From: Eremomyces bilateralis CBS 781.70
Taxonomy: Eukaryota
NCBI GenBank assembly: GCA_010015585.1
Contig: ML975161.1
DNA length: 64,000 nt
Strand: one strand, 5' to 3'
Below the pieces are notes generated by a model. That model was not told where the DNA came from. It saw only the letters and a list, made by a program, of their open reading frames with translations, and did no database searches. How positions within the stretch are numbered: position 1 is the stretch's first letter; each line of letters starts with the position of its first letter. Below are positions 48,818 through 60,987 of this stretch, piece by piece. A program made the translations under genes and the position numbers.

Positions 48818-51800
48818 CTAGCCCGGTTGCCCTGCAATGCGAACATCCTCCACGCCCTGCTGACGTTCAATCTCCATACCGATCGCTAGCACCCATCGAT
48901 CTCTTTCCGCGCGGCTCCTCGTCCGGAACACCTCGTTTCGCCCCGTCACGCCCAGCTGACTGACCCTCTTCAGCCGTGATCGCATTCGGGTTTCCAGTCC
49001 GCTGCGCGAGCCGGATCCGGTTGAGCCGGCCGATTCACGCCTTGCATCGATCTGTGGATCCGCCGGAGTCTTTTTGGATTCCTCCAGCTCCTGACTGCGG
49101 AAGAAGCTCTTCCGCTTGCTGTGCCAAATCACGAAGCTCGTCATCAGATCATCGTCTTGGCTGGTCCAGCCGTCTTCCCGATAGAGCCGCGGCAGCGCCG
49201 TTCGGCCGGGGCGGTTGCTGTCGAACGTTCGATTCTGATACAGCAGCTCTGGCTCGGTCAAGGGCCCCGAATAGATGTAACACTCGCTCAAATCGATGGC
49301 CTGCACTTTTTCGTGGTGAATCTGTGGCACTTGGATGCCGGACTGCGTGCGAAGGCTGGACGAAAAGATGAGGAGCTTGCCTTGGGTTAGGATGACCGAG
49401 ACGCGGATGAAATTGGTGTGCTTCCGGGGCTTGCGGAACAAGGAGCCGGACAGGTGGATCGCTCGACAACACGACGGGCCGCACATGTTGTATATGTCCG
49501 AAGAGGCGAACGAATTCGTGACTTCCCACTTCCGTGCATATTGACCGACGATGGCTTCCGCAGCCTCGTCGATGCGTAGCTGTTCGAGATTTTGTTTCCG
49601 AACCAGCTGCAGAAGGGTGACGTCCATCTTCGTGCGGGCCTTCCAATACCGCACAAGATCACGGAGGCAGCGTTTCCACTCGTTTTTCGTGACTTTATCG
49701 TACGCCTGCAAGCGGATGATCAAACCGTTTCGGAGGACCAGTTCGAACGTCCGGTCGTCGTCGAAGTTTCCGGACATCCCATCTTCTCTATATGTATCCG
49801 GAACTTCTTCATCATAATCCGCATCAGGACCCTCATCGACGTTGTCGTCAGCGACGGTGTCACCGCGCACCACGTTTCGCACCTTGGTCACATTGCAGAG
49901 GTTGATGCACCCGTCGCATTCCGCAAGGATATTGACCTTCCTCTGCATCTCAGCATAGGCCCCTCGATCGTGATGAGAGGCTGTGGTTTCCGATGCTCTT
50001 GACCCCAGCCACTGTATTCTATCATCCTTGACCGGGAATGGATCGATGTTGTACATGAGCGGCGGTGGTTCCACGATCTCCTCACTCGCTGGGACTTCGG
50101 TGCTCCTAGATTCCGCAAGGGTGGGAGGAGGCGGCGGCACTACCTTCGCTGGGCGGTTGAAGACGAGAAATTCATCATGGGTCGAGAAATACAACCGTTT
50201 GTGGAACAGTTTGCCCATTCTCTGATGAACACCCCGCTGCGAAGTCAGTCGAACCAAGAAACCTTCGACAGGCAGAGGTTCCGTGATGAATTCGCCGCCG
50301 TTCACTCGCACTGTGGTCGCGTAATGTCGTTTTTGTCGGAGTTCCAGGTCATGAGACTTGATCATTGCCAGCGTGCCGTACATCTTGCGTTCATTCGCGC
50401 CATGGATCCATTCCAAACGATCATACCGTCTCCACGCTAGACCAAACGACCGGTCTTCTCCTGCAAGCACTTCCATGACGTCGCGAAACTGGGAGGATTC
50501 TTTCAGAAGGATAAGACATCGCGAAACGATTTGGCTTGCGACCGCCTGCTCTTGCTCCAACGTCTTAGTGATAGCAGTGTCATCCCCCTCCGCAGCCGGC
50601 AGAAGATCCCGAGACTCCTCGAGATCCTGGAAGGGATTGTCAAGCAGCAAGTTGACGTTTAGGTCGGGGACGTTCACCTGGAGTTCTGCCGCTCGCCTCC
50701 AGCCTAGGATGTTTCGCAGAAACGTATGCCACTCCACCCCAGCGATTCCCGATCGTGTTCGCAGCAAGAATATCCTCGTGCCTCGTGGAAAAGACTCCCA
50801 GAGCACCAAGGTCTTGTCCAAACTGCTGAAGAGGTTGACGCGAACGCGTTTCAGGTCCAGGTTCAACTCAAACTTGAATCGCTTTTTCAGCTCGGGCGTC
50901 TCAACCTCCGGGATCACTCGCGTCTCATAGATCTGCAGCACGAACCCAGCGCCGTCCTCCCCGCCTTCTCGACACACCACCATGTACTCCCGCCACTTCT
51001 CGAGAGTCCGTGTGATTATCTTCTCGCTGCAGTTCTCATCGTAGTCTGCCGGCAGCTTCGTGTCCGGTGACAAGTCCACGCGGATCAGCATTTTCTCCAT
51101 CTTTACGATTTGGCCTTCTTGACGTCGACGACGGAATAGCGCCCCTGCACGGGTTTGCATGGAAACCTGTCCCGCCCGAGCTTTGGCTAAAAGATGTGCG
51201 CGACGGGAATCTTCCGCTATATCGAAGTGAACTACTCCACGGCTTTTCCTACGAGCTGACCGTTTGGAACCGGTCACTTGTTCGGCATCAGGTTCAATAC
51301 GCGCTTCCTCGTCATCGCCATGGACTAGATGGAGGCCCGGCCCGTTAGTTGGATCCTGGTCGCGGGTATATGCTCCGTCGAGACCATGTCGTAGAAGAGA
51401 GACATTGGACGAAGTGGGCTCGAGAGGACCGGTATCCGACCCAGGAACACCCAATAGGCTTGACACCCTGCGAGTTTCTGTTGCATCTGAATTGGCTTGC
51501 TCCTCGTCTCCAGCTGGACCTGGGTCATTGTCAGACTGCGCATTTGTCCTTGGCTCTCCGTTCGGCTGGTCGGTCATGAGCACCTCCTCCTGCGCCGACC
51601 TCGTCCTGCTACTGGACTGCGAGGATTGTATTGACTCTGCATCTGAAGACATTTCGGCTTCTCGTAACGGTCTCGATTCCTCTATGATGTCCTCCATTTG
51701 CTCCCCAGAAACATCTCGTTCCAGCGATCCGGCTCCATCATCGTCGGGCGATCGTTCTCCTGGCGCGGGCGATGCCGATGGGGCAGCAATCGTGGCATCA

Positions 51801-52216
51801 GCATCCCCATCGTCATCTTCCGAGTCCGCTTCCGTAAGATCCCCAGGCTGTGGAAAGCTCGCGGCAAACGAAGCCGATGCGCTCGGGCCCACAAGACCAA
51901 GCAATCGTCGCTGTCGTGCCGTTTCTGGGTTGGCTGAGAAGGTGACGGCTCGGGAGGAGTAGTTGATGTGTAAACGATGCTGATACCGCTCGCGTCGATG
52001 GGTCTTCAGCCAGCCCTCGGGAATGGGTCCGATGAAGTGGCGCCTGGCGGTGATGTGGAGGTGGTTGGGAGTCGCATGTTGCTGCGATCAATGAGTCTGA
52101 GTTCACCACTACAATCAGAAAAGCCGACGTACAAGTCGTTGAGCGGTATAGGACTTGGAGTCAAGCTTCGGGGCCGAAGGTTGGGTAGGATCAACGTGTG
52201 ATGGCTGGGGATTCAT
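48818..52216 (-). CDS. SPO71: Spo71/Mug56-like multi-PH-domain prospore-membrane protein
   Basis: Exon 1 (52216-52133) and intron 52132-52082 lead into HATPNHLHITARRHFIGPIPEGWL, in frame with the 1028-aa ORF. Motifs LFSSLDKTLVLW, WRRYDRLEWI and FRTRSRAERDRWVLAI. Confidence 0.85.
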
Positions 52217-52481
52217 CTGCCATGAAACAGCCTTTACGCGGATGGACCACGACGCGGGCGGTTGGAAAGGAACAATAGATTAGAAATTAGTCATTTAGGC
52301 GCGATCAAACAATACGAAGCACAATACTAAGAAGAAGTGAATAATGATGCATGGAGAGGAAGTGGTCGACTTCAAGCCTTCGAATGCAGTGGTGTAGATA
52401 TAGTTCCCATCCCTGCTGCCCTTGCTGATAACTGGGCCGACGTCATCCATCACGACCAAAGCGCGAGCCTCTACTCTCAAG

Positions 52482-52645
52482 GCACAACTATGATTGACAG
52501 ATTGAGAGCTCTTTCTTGATCTTGTGGGTGGTGGTGCATGGCCGTTCTTAGTTGGTGGAGTGATTTATTGGCCGTTTAACTGTTCGAACGAACGACAGAC
52601 CAAGGCCGTAACCGACTGATAAATGGTAACCAGGCTAGCTGTGGG
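52482..52645 (+). rRNA. isolated 18S rRNA gene fragment (not a functional rDNA unit)
   Basis: 52492-52566 GATTGACAGATTGAGAGCTCTTTCTTGATCTTGTGGGTGGTGGTGCATGGCCGTTCTTAGTTGGTGGAGTGATTT matches the conserved eukaryotic SSU segment I recall almost exactly. Degenerate similarity continues on both sides (AACGAACGAcaGACC, TAAAT..CCAGGCTAGCT). Confidence 0.9.
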
Positions 52646-52763
52646 GGCCTCCAGCGTCAGAGAAGCCTCTCCTGATTTATGAACAGGTACTATAAGAGCC
52701 GCATTCACCCAAAGAGCTACCTAACGGACGCTGCAATCGCAAAGCAAAGGAACTCGTCATCAC

Positions 52764-54944
52764 TCAACCACCGCCATGACCGTGCCCTGTCCCTTTCTGA
52801 CTCACCAACTCCCTAAGCTCCTTGATCTCCGCCCTCAACTCCCGAATCTCGAGAATCGCCGCATCCGTCTCGACGTTCGGCCTAGAGTCCTCCACCTTCT
52901 TATGCCATCCCTCTCCCTCGAAATCGAGCTCGCCGTCCATCTGCTCCCACTCCTCGATCACGTCGTCGTACTCCTCGCCCCGCTTCCGGTTCTTCCGGAC
53001 GAGGTGCGCCTGCTGCGTCTCCAAGATCGCCGTGATCAGTAGCAGGGGGGAGTAGATGACCAGCATGATGTAATCGTTCAGCTTCGCGTAGGTCGCGTCC
53101 GGCAGCCACCATTCGAATGGGAGGATGAGGCAGACGATCTCGATCACGTTGAGTGCTAGGGTCCTCGGTGAGCTAGTGGCGGCAGTTCTAGGGGGATTAC
53201 GGAACTTACGAGCGATGAAAACATTCTCATCCGGGGCGCGAACAAATTGCATGGTCTTCTGCGCAAACTGCAATGGTATTAGGGTGCATCTGGGAAATGT
53301 GGGAGCTTATTGATGTTTACCAACGCCATATACTCATCCACTGCATTGTCCGTAATATCCTCATATGCGCTGTTGTATAGGGCGATGAGAATATTCAAAA
53401 GCACTGTAGACGTCAGTAATCTGCACTCGATGGATGGCTCACAACGGTTGTACTTACCGACCATGATTACGAAGGTATAAATGTAATAGAGAATGATGCC
53501 GAACGGAGGCTGGTCCGGTTAGTCTAGTCATGGAGCGACTGGGAGCATCCTTACCGCATAGTTATCGAAGCCACTGAAATCTGGAGACTGCATGATCGCA
53601 TTCGCCATCGCTTGAAGGATGAAGGTCGTGGCAGTCAATTTGTTATCAACCTGGTCCAGCCCGACGAACGCCTGCAAGAAGCCGACCAGGATGAAAATCA
53701 ACAGCGCAAAGAAGATAAGAGACTCCTTCATCATGACCTTGAGCACCACAAGCATGGCGCCGAAGAACCGGAACGAATCGAGGTACAGCACGAGTCTTCC
53801 CCAGAACATGGGAGCCGTGAAGGCCAAAAAGTTGTAGCTCAATTCGTTAAAGTGGCCTCGTTTGACGTCGCCCATAGGGTGCGCCAGCGCAACCATTCTC
53901 AAGACGAAGCTTACCGTGAGCAGGGTGTAGAGGGTACTGTTAAAAGCATTCCAAAACCCAAAGTAATAGCGGCCAATTTTCCAGAATTTCGACACTTCTT
54001 CGCAGATGAACCCCAGCGTGGAGAGGTACAGAAGCCCTTCCACGATATCCAGGTCGCCTGACGGATTGATGGTGTTGACGGCAGCTGTGTACAGCGCCAG
54101 GTAAATGAACGAGAAGGCAATCTGGACGTTGTTCTGATAGCGCGGCACTCTCAGGCGATCCGGATTGAAGTGTGCCCAGTAGTTGGTGTTCGTTTTCTCA
54201 TGATAATCGACAAACCGGGACGGATCGTCGTCATCTTGGACCAACCAACCCCTCCAGAGATATGCTATGCACTTTTGGTACCCAGACGAGCCGATCACAG
54301 TTAAGGCATGGAGGTCGACGGCTCGCTCCACAGCATTGGCTGGTAGCGTATCTTCTTCGTTGACATATATCGAATATCGTTTGAGGAGGACCTGTTCGAG
54401 GAGGTACTGCTGGTCTTCCTCTTCTTCGATTCTGTCGATATATTAGCATGAACGCGTGCCGGAGGATAATCGAATAGGACGACAACCTACATTCGCTTGG
54501 CAATGATTTCGCATGCCACACTTCGGACGCGATGCATGTCCGCATCCCAGAGCTCGTGATGCGCCTGGATGGTGAACCATTTCTTCGCCACCAGCAGGCA
54601 GTACACCACGCACGCAGCGTATTCCTCGCCCCCCGCCTGCTTCGCGGTGTTCACGACGGCATGTGTAATGATCGAGCTGTGTGGTTTCGTGACCGTGCAC
54701 TCGTCCAATTCGCAGGGGATGACCTGTTCGATCTGGTGCTTGAGGCGGAGGGCGACTTTGGTTACCTCTTTGGCGGGGAAAGGAGAGGGCACGACATTGT
54801 TTCGCCGGGTCGGTAGCACTAACTAGGATCAGTGACCGTCATCTCCAGGCAAGGGGCGTACGGGATCGCACGAGCTTGGAATTCATGGTGAAGATGGCGA
54901 CGGTCTCGGCCATCCCAATCGAAGAGACGGCCCCAGCGGACCAT
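52764..54944 (-). CDS. YVC1: vacuolar TRP-family cation channel Yvc1/TRPY1; multi-exon
   Basis: VTKVALRLKHQIEQVIPCE, SSGYQKCIAYLWRGW, RLRVPRYQN, FFGAMLVVLKVMMKES, LLNILIALYNSAYEDIT and FVRAPDENVFI. Confidence 0.9.
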
Positions 54945-55644
54945 TGTCGAGGGGGTTGGGAGGACGCGGCGGCGATTGGAGTTGGGGAATGAACCAAACA
55001 ACAAACACGCTGTAGTAAACCTAAACCGACTTCAATAATTTACAACTGAGCTCATGGAACACGTCGAAAGTAGTGAATGCATGGCAATGTTTTGGGAGGG
55101 GAAAGTTGGAATCGGCTGGACTGGAGTTTGGACTGATAGCTCCAAGCTTCGCGCCCAGGGAGAACGTCACTCAGCAACAAGGGGGAACCCCTGTTGGATC
55201 TTACTCAGTTCCTAATGCGATCGTCATAATAAATGCGGGGTGGCTCCCTGAACGTGAAGTGTGCCGAATCGTATTGAATAGAATACCATATAGGTACCTA
55301 GGAGATGGCGGATGGGAATACTATAGGATTCGGAGAATAGTGAGGTACCGGTATTCATATTTGCATTGCTGAAATACGTTGGTACGACTGGGAGAACAGA
55401 GTAGCCATGCAATACATTCATTCATTTAGAGTGCATCCGAATTCGTCACTGTGTCCAGGAGATGGACGCCCTGTTGAGAACACAGCAACTCACGATGCCT
55501 TCATCGTCTTCACTCTGCGATCCCGTAGCTACGGCCCGAAGCCTTCCACTAGGGACAATTCCAGGGACTGCCTCTCTGTGACCGGTAGACCCGTGCTCCC
55601 CTAAGACCTCTGCGCACGAAAACACATCAAGGAGACTGGGAGTC

Positions 55645-56680
55645 TCACTCCGGGATGGCTTCGTCTGAATCGCTCTCGTCCTCATCTCCGCTAACCTCCT
55701 GGTTTTCTCTCTCCTTCTTCTCCATGAGCGCCTCCAACTCGGCATCGTCGTTCTCCGTAACCGCCTTGGGTGCCATCTTCACGGTACACGACCCTCCCGC
55801 CGCCACGATGTTCTTCTCGATCTCCTTGATCGAGCTCTCCAACATCGCGATCCCCACGTTCTTATCCAAGCACGTGCTGGTCAGGACGTAGAGCGGCGGC
55901 GACACCAGCTTCACCTTGACCGAATTCTCCTCGGTGTTGTTCGCCTCGGCGCATCGCAACGCCGCCTTGACCGCGTCGATCCCATCATACCCGAAACAGG
56001 TGACCTCGACATCGGCGCGGACCTTGGTCGGTTGCGGCGTCAGGCGCTTCGCGATGAACGCGACCAGCTCGCTTCGCACCGTGTCGCTCGGGAATGTGAC
56101 GTCTTTCCAGACGTCGGGGTTGGTGATGGAGATCTTAAAGGCGTCTAGGGCGTGGCCGTATTTCTTGTTCAAGGGCCACCCGAAACCCTGGTAGAGCTCC
56201 TCGATGGGCGTGTTGGTTTTCTCGGCGACGTGGCGCATGATGGAATGAACCATCTTGCTTTTGTTGTATCGTTCCTCGCATTTCACGATGTCTTCGGGCG
56301 ATACTCGACGCTTCGATAAATCGATATAACCTGCAGTGCGCCGGGGAGATCAGTATTCTGCGGTAACGTCGTCCTTGCGGGTGTCCATACCTTTGTCGGG
56401 ATCCACACGGAGAACCACGACGACCTCGTTGCGGCCCACGCGGATGAGCTTCTGGATGGATCGGATACGCCGCCGGGACAGCTCGCTGAGCAGGATCATG
56501 CCATCGATGTTATCGTATTCGAGGAGCTTGACGTAAGCACCCATCTCGGCGATCTATCGCGCGTCAGTTCGCCGTCGTGCGCGGCATCGGAAGGACACGA
56601 ACCTGCTTGACATTGACCATGACAAAGCTGTCCACCTCCGGGTACTTCTCCTCGTAGTACCGACAATTGGTGAGCGACAT
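55645..56680 (-). CDS. SUI2: translation initiation factor eIF2 alpha
   Basis: [66 protein letters not shown]. Two introns. Confidence 0.97.
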
Positions 56681-57441
56681 GGTGGCGGACGGTGTGTGAT
56701 GATGGAAGGAATTTCGGTGTCGTCGTGGATCGAGGGGAATTCTGGTGGGTGGAAGGGCAGTGTGGAGGAAATTGGGGAATTATCGAAGTTGAGTCAACTG
56801 TATTGAAATATCGAAAGTTCTCTTTCGCCTCCCCCACTTTCGATCTGATTGGCCCAAGCCCCAAACGCCGATGTGGTGTTGTGTCCACCACGACTTCACC
56901 ATCAGTGATCAGGCCGAAACCGACATCTTCCACAGTAAGAATGAATGCAAGCTTTTTTTGGAAGAGAGATTCTATTTCATAGCTGAGAGTCTAGATCTGG
57001 AAATACCGTACGGGTCCAGTCTTAATCTCGGGAAGATATGCTCCCTTCAAGGAAACTGCTCAGCTGGTAATATCTCCCTACGATCGGAGCCCCATCATAC
57101 AAATGCGAGTCTAGTCGGAAAGAATGTTCATATATTAACGGTTACGAATGGTCGTTATCCTACCCCTCGATCTCTTCCCCGCCATCCAGAGTTTCCGCCA
57201 GCCAGGCCGAATATCGTCCCATCCAAAACTCCTCAACACCAATCTGTCGTCCACACGACGTAGGAATGGAGCCCCCTAGGGTGGCACGCCAAAGCTCAAA
57301 AACCTTTCAAAACCCAAAAGTTCGCCTCCAACCAAGGAATCCCATAGCAACATCGCGAAACAAAAGTGAGCTGCAATCTTCTTCAGGCAGCATGCCTCAC
57401 AGAAAACCCATCAGTACCACCGCCCGTCCACCGTAACACGT

Positions 57442-58573
57442 TCAGGATCGGCGCCCGACTGAAGAGCTGCCTCGAAGAATCGCATCGTATACGCTCGCGA
57501 CCATACCGATGGCGGAGCCGAGCAATAGGAACTGGTATCCTCCAAAGAAGGCGGAATTGACTTGACGGATCGTCAAGGAGTTGGCCAGACCAAGGGTGAT
57601 GCCCTGGCCGAAGACGAGCCACGCAACCATCGCCTTGACCACATGGAAGGTGAAGGGGTCAAACTTCTTCTCGAACGACGCCTTGGCGCCGAGGGTCATG
57701 TTGCAGAAATAGGCAGCGAGGAGGGGGAGACCGACACTGGTAGTCAACCACACCGTGATCCACGACCAATATTCCTGCGACGCGAGCATGTACACGTTCG
57801 GCCCGTAGATCGGGGTCTGGGGGAATCGCAGAGACGGGTTCGCGGGAATGTCGAACCAATTCACCCACGGCAGCACCAGTGGCTGGATCGCCAGGCCTTC
57901 CAGGACGAGGAGGATCAAGCTGATCGAGTGAACGTTGCTCAGTTGATGTCGGAACGCGTCGACGTTCTCGCTGACGCCCGCCTCGTCCATGGCCTTGGAT
58001 ACCTGGCCGGTGAACTCCTGAACCCGCTGCTTGGCCGCGCTGGCCGGTGATCGGGGGAGAGGGACACCGGACGCGACGCGCTGGATGGCGCGTGGAGTCT
58101 TCGCAACGACCTTTTTGATGGGCGTATCGGCGCTGTGATTGGGAGCATGTCAGCATTGGCCATATGCGACGCGTCATGGCGGGGTGGATTGCACATACTC
58201 GTCCTCTTCGCTTTTGATCGTCTTCCTGCGCTGGCGCGCCGGTTTGGGTTCCCTGTCGCCCTCGGAACCTCCGACGGAGACCAAGACGCGGTCGCGTTTC
58301 GTGGGCGACAAGCGACCGTAGAAATCGCTGAAGGCGGACTTGGTTCCCAGCGAGGATTGATGGTCGCGTAGGTGCTTCTCTAACGATTCAATCAAATCGT
58401 CTTTCAGCAACCCATCCGTGCTACAGGCGATCGACGCGTCAGCATCTTGCGCGGCAACAGATCTAGGAGGCGCATCTCTTGGATGGATGCGGCGCCACTC
58501 ACTTTCGGAGCCCAGCTTCTTTGGCAAGGTCAAGGAGCTCGCCCTTCTTTTGTTTCTGTAACCAGGCGGCCAT
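57442..58573 (-). CDS. conserved fungal membrane protein, GTT3-like
   Basis: MAAWLQKQKKGELLDLAKEAGL|..DGLLKDDLIESLEKHLR..FYGRLSPTKR, and C-terminal TM region LPLLAAYFCN..DPFTFHVVKAMVAWLV..VYDAIL. Confidence 0.65.
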
Positions 58574-59764
58574 GGTGGCAAGTGGTAGCGATGCGGTGGG
58601 ACCAAATACGCGAAGCCAATAAACACGCAGTCGGCGTGTGGAAATAGATTATGCAAAAAGCGCAATTGGGAGATCGGAGGTTGAGGACGGTGCAAGGACA
58701 AGGCGCGTTGAGAAGTGAACGGGATGATGGGGTTGATGATGCAAGTGCGAAATGGAGACGAGACCAGGAGGGAGAGCGGGAGGGCGGTGGCTGGACGTGT
58801 AAACTGTAAACAAAAGCCGGTGGCTGGGAATGGGATGGAGGAGTACTGGTCAGTCACGTGCGAGGGGCATGGTCAATGAATTCCTAGTCGATCAATAGAA
58901 AGGACCTGTGTCGAGTTGTCGATGAAGCTATTGTTGATTCCACAATAGGGGATGGATGAGAGGATGAATACAGCTGCCACTGAAGTACTCGGATCATTGC
59001 ATCTGGTTGTGCAACACCTGACACTGTACTCTGCTGTGCAAAGATACTGCTGCATGTACTGGCGGGGTTACCAGTCAATTCTGAGAAGGAGCTGGAGACA
59101 TGAGACCGTGAGACGAGACCGTCTAATAGGTCTGATGATGTTGACATCCAATACCATGGACTTGCCACAGTATGCTTACCTTGGTTATGGGCAATCAAGG
59201 TGAAGCAGGAGTTAGACAAACCTTGAACCTCATAAATGATGAAGCTGTCGTGGTTTGGAAAAGAAGAATCTCCAGAATCCAGACGACAGGGGGGCGCATC
59301 GGTCCACCCCCCACGTGATCTCGATCCACCCCGGCAAGCTGACCGATGCTGGCAGGTGGAGCAGTCACTGCAGCCTGAGGCCATAAGGCACTCAAGAGTT
59401 GTGCTCCAGCTCTAATGCCTCAGGTGTAAACATTCTCTTTGCACAGTTGGTCTATCCGACGCGCCGAGCTAACTCCCGAATCCAAAATATCTTCAATGGA
59501 CAATTGTCGAATTCGACGAAAGACCGAACACTGCACCTGATCTGCGGCTCAGATTCGTTACAACCCCTTCTCTCCCATCGTAGGAAGTGATCTAGGTGGC
59601 CAGCCCCTTCCGTTCCATGTTCAATGGTCTTTCTTGGCCAACTGGCCAAGTGCTTCCGCGCTCCGGACAGGACGGCCGCCACTGTCACCGATAATGCTGA
59701 TTCGAACCACCCGTTCACCGCTGTGGCCGAGCCCGCCGTGGCATCGCATGGCGCGGCGGCAGCT

Positions 59765-60987
59765 ATGGACAATGAGCTAGCCATGGAAACGGCGAGGCCG
59801 CAATATCTCCATGTACGACCACCCCATCTGACCTCCACCGCACATCTAATGGATTTCCATGACAGGCTATGCTCGCCGGCGGACTCGGGGGGACCACGGG
59901 CGATATGCTGATGCATTCGCTGGACACGGTGAAGACGCGCCAGCAAGGCGACCCGCATATGCCGCCAAAATACACCTCCATGGGTGGCAGTTACTATACC
60001 ATTTTCCGGCAAGAAGGCTTCCGAGGCCTGTATGGAGGAGTGGCTCCGGCGTTTCTGGGCTCGTTCTCGGGGACCGTCATCTTCTTCGGCACGTACGAAT
60101 GGAGCAAACGACTCCTGTTAGACAGCGGCATGAATGCATCGTTGGCATACTTGAGCGCAGGTTGGTAGAGGATGAACGCCTTGTCTCAGCTCCCACTGAC
60201 GGGTGATATCGCAGGCTTCATCGCAGACTTGGCGGCGTCACCCCTCTACGTCCCGTCCGAAGTGCTGAAGACCCGCCTCCAGCTCCAAGGACGACATAAC
60301 AATCCGTATTTTAAGTCGGGTTATAACTATCGGTCCATGCGGGACGCTGTGCGCACCATTTACAGAGGGGAGGGACTTCCCGCGTTGTTTTACGGCTATA
60401 AGGCTACCTTGATCCGAGATCTTCCCTTCTCAGCATTGCAGTTCGCATTCTACGAGCAAGAGCGCGCGTTCGCCCAACGATGGATGGGCTCGAAAAAGAT
60501 CGGTCTACCCCTGGAGCTCCTGACCGGCGCGTCAGCGGGTGGCATGGCGGGGGTTTTGACATGCCCGTTAGATGTGGTCAAAACCCGAATCCAAACCCAG
60601 CATAACCCCTCGTCCAGCGCAACCGCAACTTCGGGGAGCGCCGTTCTCAAATCGACCGCACCATTACCGAATACTCTCCAACACCCGTCGTCAAAACACC
60701 CCACCTCCCATGTCTCCCCGCCGACGCAGGAGACCAGCCAGCGATCTAACCGCCCCATATCCACCTCCTCGCCATCGACGACACTACGAAATCCCTCCGC
60801 AGTCACTTTGGATACCTCATCGGTCATGACCGGCCTGAGAATCATCTACCGGACCGAAGGATTCGCAGGCTGGTTCCGCGGTGTGGGCCCTCGGTTCGTT
60901 TGGACGAGCGTCCAGAGCGGCACGATGCTCGTCATGTACCAAGTGCTTCTCCGATGGTTCGAACAACATCCGCTCATGGATCGATAA
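59765..60987 (+). CDS. MME1: mitochondrial carrier family protein (Mme1/YMR166C-like)
   Basis: Carrier signatures HSLDTVKTRQQ, PSEVLKTRLQ and PLDVVKTRIQ, plus GRHNNPYFKSGYNY. Two introns. Confidence 0.85.
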
